Shown one piece after another: positions 36,234 through 44,253 of a stretch of DNA of 64,000 bases (position 1 is its first letter; every line of letters begins with the position of its first letter). Position numbers and translations under genes: made by a program. The notes under the pieces were generated by a model. The model had not been told where the DNA came from. It searched no databases and was given only the letters and a program-made list of their open reading frames with translations. The DNA comes from Candidatus Endomicrobiellum porotermitis (GTDB lineage: Bacteria; Elusimicrobiota; Endomicrobiia; Endomicrobiales; Endomicrobiaceae). The stretch lies in the NCBI GenBank assembly GCA_031289055.1, contig JAITQE010000003.1:26585-90584 (forward strand), written 5' to 3'.

Positions 36234-38849
36234 ATGCTGAAGAAAGCAACAAATGTCAAATCGCCGCGGATAGACACTCCAGAATCTCTTAATGCTCTTG
36301 TTGAACGCGTGAAAAAGGCGCAGGAAATTTATTCTGGCTTTACTCAAGAGAAAGTTGATGAAATTTTTAAAGCCGCAGCTATTGCGGCTAACCAAGCAAG
36401 AATTCCCTTAGCAAAGATGGCCGTTGAAGAAACCGGCATGGGAATAGTCGAAGATAAGGTTATCAAAAATCATTTTGCTTCCGAGTATATTTACAACAAA
36501 CATAAAGATGCCCGCACTTGCGGATTAATAAGCGAGGACAAAGCCAACGGAATTAAAATAGTAGCAGCTCCAGTCGGCGTCATCGCGGGAATAGTCCCTA
36601 CTACAAATCCTACGTCTACGGCAATATTTAAATCTTTAATCACTTTAAAAACAAGAAATGGAATAATTTTCTCTCCTCACCCGAGAGCGAAAAACGCCAC
36701 CATAGCGGCTGCAAAAATAGTTTTAGACGCGGCTGTCAAAGCCGGAGCTCCAGCCGACGTCATTGGTTGGATAGACGTTCCTTCTCTTGAACTTACAAAT
36801 TTATTGATGACGCATAAAGGCGTAGCTACAATTTTTGCGACGGGCGGTCCGGGAATGGTTAAAGCCGCATATTCTTCTGGCAAACCAGCTTTGGGAGTCG
36901 GAGCGGGAAACACTCCGGCTGTTATTGACGAGACGGCAAATATTCAGATGGCGGTGTCTTCAATTCTTATGTCAAAAACATTTGATAATGGAATGATTTG
37001 CGCTTCCGAGCAGTCAATAATAATAGTAAAAGACGTTTATGATTCTGTCATAAAAGAATTGACTTTTCGCGGAGCTTACGTGCTAAGCGAACAAGAGAAA
37101 GATAAAGTGGCGAAAACCATAATTATTGACGGAAAGATTAATGCGGCTATTGTAGGGCAGCCGGCTTGTAAAATAGCCGAAATGGCGGGCGTGAAAGTGC
37201 CGAAAGACACTAAGGTTATCGCGGGCGAAGTCAGCGAGATCTCTTTGGAAGAAGAATTTGCCCATGAAAAATTATCTCCTGTAATAGCCGTATACAAAGC
37301 TGATAGTTTTGAAGATGCGACGGAAAAAGCTTATCAGCTTGTAGATCTTGGCGGAGCGGGACATACGTCGGTTCTCTACACAGACGAAAGAAAGCAAGAA
37401 AGAATAATTTATTTTGCCAAGAAACTTCATACTGGTCGCGTCTTGATTAATACTCCGTCGTCTCAAGGCGGTATAGGAGATTTGTTTAACTTTAAGTTGG
37501 AACCGTCTTTAACTCTTGGTTGCGGTTCTTGGGGAGGAAATGCTGTGAGCGAGAACATTGGCGTAAAACACTTGTTGAACTACAAGACTGTGGCTGAAAG
37601 ACGCGAAAATATGTTGTGGTTTAGAGTTCCTCCAAAAATTTATTTTAAAAGAGGCGCTACGGATTTGGCGTTGCGCGAATTGCAGGGCAAGAAAAGAGCT
37701 TTCATAGTTACTGATAGATTCCTTTTCAACTCCGGAGCGATTTACAATATAACTAAGGTTTTAGAAGAAATAAATATTGATTATCAAATATTCTTTGATA
37801 TTAAACCCGATCCTACAGTCTCGACGATAAACGAGGCTTTGTCTATGCTTAGAACTTATGAGCCGGATGTTATCATCGCTTTCGGCGGCGGTTCTCCTAT
37901 AGACGCGGCTAAGATTATGTGGTTGATGTATGAGAATCCCGATACGGATTTTAAAGACGTAGCTATGCGTTTTATGGACATAAGAAAGAGAATTTGCAAG
38001 GTGCCCGCGCTTGGAGCGAAAGCGCAGTTAATAGCTATACCTACTACTTCCGGAACAGGTTCTGAAGTTACTCCGTTTGCCGTAATTACGGAAGATTCAA
38101 CGCATATCAAATACCCTATAGCCGATTATGCTTTGACGCCTAACATGGCTATTATTGATCCGAACTTTGTGGATTCTATGCCTAAAGGTCTTTGCGCCGC
38201 TTCGGGAATAGACGCTTTGACTCATGCCGTTGAAGCCTATGTTTCTGTGCTTGCCACAAACTTTACAAACTCTCCGGCTTTAGAAGCCGTAAAGCTTGTA
38301 TTCAGATATCTTCCTCGTTCTTACTCAAAAGGCGCCGGAGACCCGATTTCAAGAGAGAAGATGCATTATGCTTCCGCTTTGGCGGGCATGGCTTTTGCTA
38401 ACGCTTTCTTAGGTATTTCACATTCTTTGGCTCACAAGTTGGGCGCCGCATTTAATATACCCCACGGAATTGCAAACGCTTTGGTTATCAATCAGGTTAT
38501 AAGATATAATGCAACCGATAAGCCGAGAAAGCAGGCTATATTTCCTCAATATAAGTTCCCTAACGCAAAGGCTAAGTACGGTCAGATTGCCGACGAATTA
38601 GATCTTGGCGGAAAGAATGACGACGAGAAAGTAGAGTTATTGATTAATGCGATAACAAGGCTGAAAAAAGATATTGACATTCCTCTTTCCATAAAAGAAG
38701 CGGGAGTACCCGAAAAAGACTTTAACGATAAACTTGAAATTCTTGTAGAGCAGGCTTTTGACGATCAATGCACAGGAGCAAATCCAGTTTATCCGTTGAT
38801 GGAAGATATTAAAGAAATTTTTGTAAAAGCATATAACGGAAAGATTTAA
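36234..38849 (+). CDS. adhE: Bifunctional acetaldehyde-CoA / alcohol dehydrogenase
   Basis: 871 aa. ALDH domain (ICASEQS) plus iron-ADH domain (GGGSPIDAAK, HSLAHKLG). Confidence 0.95.
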   Translation: MLKKATNVKSPRIDTPESLNALVERVKKAQEIYSGFTQEKVDEIFKAAAIAANQARIPLAKMAVEETGMGIVEDKVIKNHFASEYIYNKHKDARTCGLISEDKANGIKIVAAPVGVIAGIVPTTNPTSTAIFKSLITLKTRNGIIFSPHPRAKNATIAAAKIVLDAAVKAGAPADVIGWIDVPSLELTNLLMTHKGVATIFATGGPGMVKAAYSSGKPALGVGAGNTPAVIDETANIQMAVSSILMSKTFDNGMICASEQSIIIVKDVYDSVIKELTFRGAYVLSEQEKDKVAKTIIIDGKINAAIVGQPACKIAEMAGVKVPKDTKVIAGEVSEISLEEEFAHEKLSPVIAVYKADSFEDATEKAYQLVDLGGAGHTSVLYTDERKQERIIYFAKKLHTGRVLINTPSSQGGIGDLFNFKLEPSLTLGCGSWGGNAVSENIGVKHLLNYKTVAERRENMLWFRVPPKIYFKRGATDLALRELQGKKRAFIVTDRFLFNSGAIYNITKVLEEINIDYQIFFDIKPDPTVSTINEALSMLRTYEPDVIIAFGGGSPIDAAKIMWLMYENPDTDFKDVAMRFMDIRKRICKVPALGAKAQLIAIPTTSGTGSEVTPFAVITEDSTHIKYPIADYALTPNMAIIDPNFVDSMPKGLCAASGIDALTHAVEAYVSVLATNFTNSPALEAVKLVFRYLPRSYSKGAGDPISREKMHYASALAGMAFANAFLGISHSLAHKLGAAFNIPHGIANALVINQVIRYNATDKPRKQAIFPQYKFPNAKAKYGQIADELDLGGKNDDEKVELLINAITRLKKDIDIPLSIKEAGVPEKDFNDKLEILVEQAFDDQCTGANPVYPLMEDIKEIFVKAYNGKI

Positions 38850-38869
38850 TAATTTTAGAGCAGGAAAAA

Positions 38870-40327
38870 ATGAATAACAGAAATCAGGAAATTGGTTTAA
38901 AAAAAGAAGTATTGGAAAGAATTATCAGGGCTTTTTTATCAGATAATTTTGAAGAGTCCGCTCGCCTTATTCCTTTTGAAATGCGGCCTAAGGGATATGA
39001 AGTTCGTTACAGATGCTGCGTTCATAAAGAGCGCGCGATTCTTAGGGATAGGGCGATAGCGTGTCTGGGGTTTTCTATAGAAGAAGACGACGAAGTTACA
39101 AATTTGTCAAATTATGCAAAAAAAGCTCTTGAACGCGAGCATCTTGACGACAATCCTTTGACTCTTGTTGAAACAGCCTGCAAAGGTTGCGTTCCCAACA
39201 GAATTTGCGTTACAGACGTATGTCAGGGCTGCGTTGCAAGTTCTTGCAAAACCGCGTGTAAGTTTGGAGCAATAAGCATAGTAAACGGTAGGTCTAAGAT
39301 AGATCCTGCTAAGTGCAAAAACTGTAAAATGTGCATATCTGCATGTCCGTACAACGCTATAGTAAAAATAGCGGTGCCTTGCGAAGACGCTTGTCCTGTA
39401 GACGCGATTAAAAAGAACGAGAACGGCACGGCTAAGATAGATTACAACGTCTGCATATCGTGCGGCAAATGTATGATGGCGTGTCCTTTTGGCGCTGTTC
39501 ATGAAAAGAGTCAAATAGTTGATATTTTGAAAAATATAAAAGGCGGTAAAAAAGTTGCCGCTATGATGGCTCCGTCAATAGTCGGTCAATTTCAAGGGTC
39601 CGTATATCAGTTGAAATCTGCGTTGAAAAAAGTTGGATTTTACGATGTTTACGAAGTCGCCGAAGGCGCCGACATTACCGCTAGAAACGAAGCTCGTGAA
39701 TTTGACGAGCGTATGGGATCCGGCGAGTCGTTTATGACTACTTCTTGTTGCGCGGGATACGGTCAGTTTATAAAAAAACATTTTCCAGAAATCAAAAAAT
39801 TTGTTTCAACTACAAAAACTCCTATGCGCTATATAGCCGAGAAAATTAAAGCCGAACATCCTGATTACGTTACTGTTTTTATAAGCCCGTGCGTTGCAAA
39901 AAAGAATGAAGCTTATGAAAATAAGGACGTCAATTATGTTTCCAATTTTGAAGAAATTGCGGCTTTGTTATCTGCAAAAGATATTAAGGTTTCAGAATGC
40001 GCTGAAGAGAAATTTGAAGTTGAAAGTTCAAAACAAGGGCGTAACTTCGGAGTTATGAGCGGAGTCGCGGGGGCCGTGGCAAAACTTTTGGGAGACAAAA
40101 AAGATATTATTATAAAACCTCATGTAATCAATGGGCTAAATAAAGACAGTATCAAGTTGTTAAAGAAGATGACAAAAGACAAGAAATTTCCAGACGGCAA
40201 TCTTGTTGAAGTAATGTGTTGCGAAGGCGGTTGCATTAGCGGAAACGCCACAATGCGCGCTCCTAGCGTCGCCCAAAAAGCCATCAAGACTTTGTGCGAT
40301 CAAAGTAAAGACATAGAAATGAAATAA
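38870..40327 (+). CDS. [FeFe]-hydrogenase-like protein: multi-[4Fe-4S] N-terminus plus H-cluster domain with variant motifs
   Basis: Ferredoxin motifs CKNCKMCISACP and CISCGKCMMACP. H-cluster motifs: L1 TSCCA (canonical TSCCP), L2 SPCVAKKNE (canonical MPCxxKxxE), L3 EVMCCEGGCISG. Confidence 0.8.
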   Translation: MNNRNQEIGLKKEVLERIIRAFLSDNFEESARLIPFEMRPKGYEVRYRCCVHKERAILRDRAIACLGFSIEEDDEVTNLSNYAKKALEREHLDDNPLTLVETACKGCVPNRICVTDVCQGCVASSCKTACKFGAISIVNGRSKIDPAKCKNCKMCISACPYNAIVKIAVPCEDACPVDAIKKNENGTAKIDYNVCISCGKCMMACPFGAVHEKSQIVDILKNIKGGKKVAAMMAPSIVGQFQGSVYQLKSALKKVGFYDVYEVAEGADITARNEAREFDERMGSGESFMTTSCCAGYGQFIKKHFPEIKKFVSTTKTPMRYIAEKIKAEHPDYVTVFISPCVAKKNEAYENKDVNYVSNFEEIAALLSAKDIKVSECAEEKFEVESSKQGRNFGVMSGVAGAVAKLLGDKKDIIIKPHVINGLNKDSIKLLKKMTKDKKFPDGNLVEVMCCEGGCISGNATMRAPSVAQKAIKTLCDQSKDIEMK

Positions 40328-40341
40328 CCTCTGTTTTAAAA

Positions 40342-40367
40342 ATGCCGCGCAATTTCCCGCGCGGCAT
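40342..40367 (+). terminator. GC-rich hairpin (ATGCCGCGC-8 nt-GCGCGGCAT) 15 nt after the hydrogenase stop
   Basis: 9-bp perfect stem. No good U-tract on the + strand (CTAAAA); T4 on the opposite strand. Confidence 0.4.
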
Positions 40368-40384
40368 CTAAAATCCATATCGGA

Positions 40385-40553
40385 ATAAATAAAACCGAGA
40401 GGAAAGTTATTGAGGCGATAGAACGGAGCAGCAAACTTTCAGCCGGATAACTATCAAAAATCGTCGGCGTATTATAGAACGACTTAGAGAACAAGGCGTT
40501 CTTATAGAGAAGGCAGTAAAAAGTCGGGGATATTGGATAGTTAGGAAAATATA
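40385..40553 (+). pseudogene. Relic of a winged-helix C-terminus (...GYW.V-type HTH tail) with stops and a frameshift
   Basis: Frame A reads TERKVIEAIERSSKLSAG*LSKIVGV. A shifted frame reads RIIERLREQGVLIEKAVKSRGYWIVRKI*. Together these resemble the common elA..lgvS.rTi.R.l..L.e.G.i...G..k.GyW.v tail. Confidence 0.35.
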
Positions 40554-40564
40554 ATGGGGAAGGT

Positions 40565-41545
40565 ATGTCTAAAATTTTGCTTACTGGCGCGGCAGGTTTT
40601 GTAGGCAGCCACATTGCCGAAGCGTTAATAGAAGCTAATCATAATGTGATATGCGCTATAAGGCAAACGTCAAATTTAAAATGGATTAAAAATCTCCCGC
40701 TTGAATATAAATACGGTTCTTTAAACGATAAGAATTTTTTGGAAAAAATTGTAAAAGACGTTGATGTTGTCGTGCATTGCGCAGGGATTGTCCGCGCTAT
40801 GAGTAAGGAAGAATATTTTAAAGCGAACGTAGAAAACACAAAAAGTCTTTGTGAAGCGATTTTAAGGAATAATCCTAATTTAAAAAAGTTTGTGTTTATT
40901 TCTTCGCAAGCCGCAATGGGCGCGTCGCCCGCCGGAAGCATCAGGAAAGTTACGGATATTCCCGAACCTGTTTCCGACTATGGCTTAAGCAAAATAGAAG
41001 CGGAAAAAGAGTTAAAGAAAATGCTCGGCGGAAAAGTCCCTTACGTCATTTTTCGCCCTGCGGGCGTTTATGGACCTAGAGACAAAGATATATTTATATT
41101 TTTTAATCTTATACGTAAGCGCTTGAGGCCTGTAGCCGCAAAGAAAAGACTTTTACAATTAGTGTATGTTAAAGATGTCGCGAAGTCCGTATCATTCTGT
41201 CTTGAAAATAAAAAGACTGACAATAATATTTATTACCTTGCAAATTCGTCCGCTTACACTTGGACGGATATTGGGAAGATAATTTCGTATTCAGTTGGCG
41301 TTAAAGCCTTGCCTTTGCCGACTCCCGACATTGTTTTCAAAGCGGCGGGATTTATTATGGAAGTGCTTTCAAGAGTAACCGGAAAGCCCGCAACGTTAAA
41401 CAAACAGAAAATTGCCGAGATGCTTCAAGATTTTTGGATTGCTGATACTTTTCCCGCGGAAAACGACTTAAATATTAAATTTACCAATCTTGAAGTCGCC
41501 TCTCAAATTACGTATAATTGGTACTTGGAAAATAATTGGCTTTAA
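40565..41545 (+). CDS. NAD(P)-dependent epimerase/dehydratase-family SDR (extended SDR reductase)
   Basis: ILLTGAAGFVGSHI Rossmann motif, catalytic YGLSK. Confidence 0.85.
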   Translation: MSKILLTGAAGFVGSHIAEALIEANHNVICAIRQTSNLKWIKNLPLEYKYGSLNDKNFLEKIVKDVDVVVHCAGIVRAMSKEEYFKANVENTKSLCEAILRNNPNLKKFVFISSQAAMGASPAGSIRKVTDIPEPVSDYGLSKIEAEKELKKMLGGKVPYVIFRPAGVYGPRDKDIFIFFNLIRKRLRPVAAKKRLLQLVYVKDVAKSVSFCLENKKTDNNIYYLANSSAYTWTDIGKIISYSVGVKALPLPTPDIVFKAAGFIMEVLSRVTGKPATLNKQKIAEMLQDFWIADTFPAENDLNIKFTNLEVASQITYNWYLENNWL

Positions 41546-41570
41546 ACATAAAATGCAAGGGGGTGTCGCG

Positions 41571-42758
41571 ATGAGTGCAGACGTTTTTGAGAAATGTTTT
41601 GGGTTCCACGCTGCCGACGAGCTAAAGCAAACCGGTTTCTATCCTTATTTTCATAGAATTGAGTCTCAGCAAGGACCTGAAATCATAGTTAACGGCAGTA
41701 AGAAAATAGTCGTTTGTTCAAATAATTATCTTGGGCTTGCAAACCACCCTAAAGTTATAGAATCTTCAGTTCTTGCCGCAAAAAAATACGGGACTTCTTG
41801 CACAGGGTCAAGATTCCTCAACGGAACAAACGACCTGCATGAAAAAGTTGAAAAAAAATTCGCCAAATTCGTAGGTAAAGAAGAGTCGCTTCTTTTTACT
41901 ACGGGGCATCATTCAAATTTGGGCGCAATTTCGTCCCTTGTCGGAAAAGGCGAAGTTGTTGTGACAGATAGATTAGACCACGCTTCAATTATAGACGGTT
42001 GCCGTTTGTCTTTTGGGGAAATGACAAGATTTAGACATAATGACATGAGCGATTTAGAAAGACAGCTTTCTAAACATCAAGGAAAAGGAATGTTGATAGT
42101 TGTAGACGGCGTTTTTAGCATGGAAGGCGATATTACAAATCTTCCAGAAATCTCAAAACTTGCAAAAAAATACGGCGCAAGAATTTTTGTTGACGAAGCT
42201 CATTCTTTAGGTGTCTTGGGCAAAAAAGGCATGGGAACAAGCGAATATTTCAATATGCAGGATGACGTTGACGTTATTATGGCGACAGCTTCCAAGTCTT
42301 TGGCTTCAATCGGCGGATTCATAGCCAGCAATTCAAAAGTTGTAAATTATATAAAACATAATGCAAGAAGCATGATTTTTACGGCTAGCCTTCCTCCTGC
42401 GTGCGTTGGCGCTATTGATATAGCGTTAGATTTGGTTATCGCGGAGCCTGAAAGAAGGATAAAACTTATGCAGACGGCAAGCAAAATTAAAGAAGAATTT
42501 AAGGCTATGGGGTATAACGTTAATAATTCTCAATCGCCGATTATTCCTTTAACGGTTGGAAATGATTTAGTCGCTTTTAAGATGTGGAGAATGCTTTTTG
42601 ACGAAGGCATATTTGCTTCTCCCGTAGTAACTCCTGCAGTTCCAGAAGGTCAATCCATAATAAGAACAAGCTATATGGCTACGCACACTGACGATCATTT
42701 GAATTTTATACTAGAGAAATTTAGAAAAGTCGGCAAACGTCTTGGCGTGATAGCGTAA
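41571..42758 (+). CDS. Alpha-oxoamine synthase (PLP), serine palmitoyltransferase-like
   Basis: FYPYFHRIES, NNYLGL, TGSRFLNGT, DHASIIDG, RFRHNDM, DGVFSMEGD, DEAHSLG, TASKSL (PLP Lys), FTASLPP. AAGGGGG RBS before the ATG at 41571. Confidence 0.85.
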   Translation: MSADVFEKCFGFHAADELKQTGFYPYFHRIESQQGPEIIVNGSKKIVVCSNNYLGLANHPKVIESSVLAAKKYGTSCTGSRFLNGTNDLHEKVEKKFAKFVGKEESLLFTTGHHSNLGAISSLVGKGEVVVTDRLDHASIIDGCRLSFGEMTRFRHNDMSDLERQLSKHQGKGMLIVVDGVFSMEGDITNLPEISKLAKKYGARIFVDEAHSLGVLGKKGMGTSEYFNMQDDVDVIMATASKSLASIGGFIASNSKVVNYIKHNARSMIFTASLPPACVGAIDIALDLVIAEPERRIKLMQTASKIKEEFKAMGYNVNNSQSPIIPLTVGNDLVAFKMWRMLFDEGIFASPVVTPAVPEGQSIIRTSYMATHTDDHLNFILEKFRKVGKRLGVIA

Positions 42759-42778
42759 TTTTGCGCGAGAAATATGCA

Positions 42779-43894
42779 ATGAGGATAGTAAAAGCCGACA
42801 CTAAAAAGCAGTTAAAGCAGTTTGTTAAATTTCCTTGGAAAATTTATTCAAAAAGCGGCAAGTGGGTCCCTCCGTTAATTTCTTCCGCGAAAGGGATTAT
42901 TTCTGAAGGTAAAAACCCTTTTTGGCTACATGCTAGAAGACAATTGTTTTTAGCTTATGAGGGCAACAATAATAATGTCATCGGTAGAATTGCGGCGATA
43001 ATAGATTATAATTATATATCTTTTCAAGACGATAAATGCGGTTTCTTCGGTTTTTTTGAATGTATTGATGACGTCCAAACCGCTAAATCTCTTTTTTGCG
43101 CGGCTCAAGAATGGCTAAATGAACAGGGTGTTAAAAAAATGATCGGTCCTATGAATCCGTCTACAAACGACAAATGCGGGTTTTTGTTAGAGGGTTTTGA
43201 TCTTCATCCAAGCCTTATGATGCCTTACACGCCCGAATATTACTTGAAGCTTGCCGAACGGTCCGGTCTTAAAAAAATAAAAGAATTGTACGCTTACGAT
43301 ATGACCGTTTCTGCCGATTCAAGACTTAAAAGGCTTGAACATGTTGTTGAAATGGCTAAGAAAAAACTTCCAGGATTGAAAATTAGAACCATCGGCAAAC
43401 ATTCATACGAAAAAGATTTAAAAGTTGCCATATCGATATACAACAGAGCTTGGGAGAAGAATTGGGGGTTTGTCCCTTGGAGCTATGAAGAATTTGTCTC
43501 TATAGCTTCAAAGTTGAAAATGATTATAGATCCCGAAATGGCAGTTATTGCAAGCATAGGGGAAGAACCTATTGGAATGCTTGTTCCTCTGCCTGATTAT
43601 AATCAAGTGTTAAGGAAGCTTAACGGAAAGATTTTTCCTTTTGGAATCTTTAAATTTTTGTACTATAGAAGAAAAATTGACGCTTTAAGGCTTATGGTTA
43701 TGGGAGTTGTAAAAGAGTATAGGCGCAAGGGGATAGAAGCCGTTATGTATGAAAAAAGTTTAAAGAATGCTCTAAGAATAGGTTACAAACATTGCGAGCT
43801 TTCTTGGGTTCTTGACGATAATATAATGACGCAGCGTACGGCAGAAATGATGAACGGCAGAGTTTATAAGAAATATGCCGTGTACGGCAATTAA
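42779..43894 (+). CDS. Large GNAT/FemAB-like N-acyltransferase
   Basis: About 370 aa. PMNPSTNDKCGFLLEGFD..PSLMMPYTPEYY and C-terminal GVVKEYRRKGIEAVMY (acyl-CoA-binding R/Q-x-x-G-x-A-type motif). Alternative TTG start at 42761. Confidence 0.65.
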   Translation: MRIVKADTKKQLKQFVKFPWKIYSKSGKWVPPLISSAKGIISEGKNPFWLHARRQLFLAYEGNNNNVIGRIAAIIDYNYISFQDDKCGFFGFFECIDDVQTAKSLFCAAQEWLNEQGVKKMIGPMNPSTNDKCGFLLEGFDLHPSLMMPYTPEYYLKLAERSGLKKIKELYAYDMTVSADSRLKRLEHVVEMAKKKLPGLKIRTIGKHSYEKDLKVAISIYNRAWEKNWGFVPWSYEEFVSIASKLKMIIDPEMAVIASIGEEPIGMLVPLPDYNQVLRKLNGKIFPFGIFKFLYYRRKIDALRLMVMGVVKEYRRKGIEAVMYEKSLKNALRIGYKHCELSWVLDDNIMTQRTAEMMNGRVYKKYAVYGN

Positions 43895-44022
43895 CAGCCA
43901 TGCAGATTCGGGAGCGGATATTGGTGGTTTGATTGGACGGATTTCGCGACGGGATGCCATTCCTTGTCGGCAAGACTTGTAAACCATCGCGGGAAGATTG
44001 TCGCAGAATCTAACGAGAGGAA

Positions 44023-44253
44023 ATGCAAGGTATGTTAAAGGAAAAGAATACTTTATGCGGAAGTTTGGGAAAAGCGTGTTTGTTTTCCGCGGCGTTATGC
44101 AGCGCATTTGTTCTTGCAAGAACTTTTTTGCAAAATGACGATAAGGCTGCTAAAAAGTACGTAAAAAGATTAAGAAAAGCTTACGACGGACTATCCCCGG
44201 AAGATTATTCTGAAAACGGAAGTGCAAAATTTAAACTTACAGAGAAATTTTAA
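44023..44253 (+). CDS. Small hypothetical membrane/lipoprotein-like ORF coupled to smc
   Basis: 76 aa with one hydrophobic segment (CLFSAALCSAFVLA). TAATG overlap with the smc start. Confidence 0.3.
   Translation: MQGMLKEKNTLCGSLGKACLFSAALCSAFVLARTFLQNDDKAAKKYVKRLRKAYDGLSPEDYSENGSAKFKLTEKF

Noticed and set aside
40336-40614. Minus-strand ORF 40336-40614 (92 aa) spanning the hydrogenase terminator hairpin and the SDR gene start.
   Set aside because: It overlaps the well-supported SDR start and the wHTH relic on the other strand. It has no RBS and no recognisable domain.
43895-44022. Relatively GC-rich 130-nt spacer after the GNAT gene, considered as a riboswitch or small RNA (SRP, 6S, tmRNA).
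   Set aside because: I found only 4-5 bp hairpins and none of the conserved SRP, tmRNA or riboswitch core motifs. It may be another gene relic. The overlapping minus-strand ORFs (43743-43973, 43772-44119) have no features of real genes. Not supportable without a covariance-model scan.
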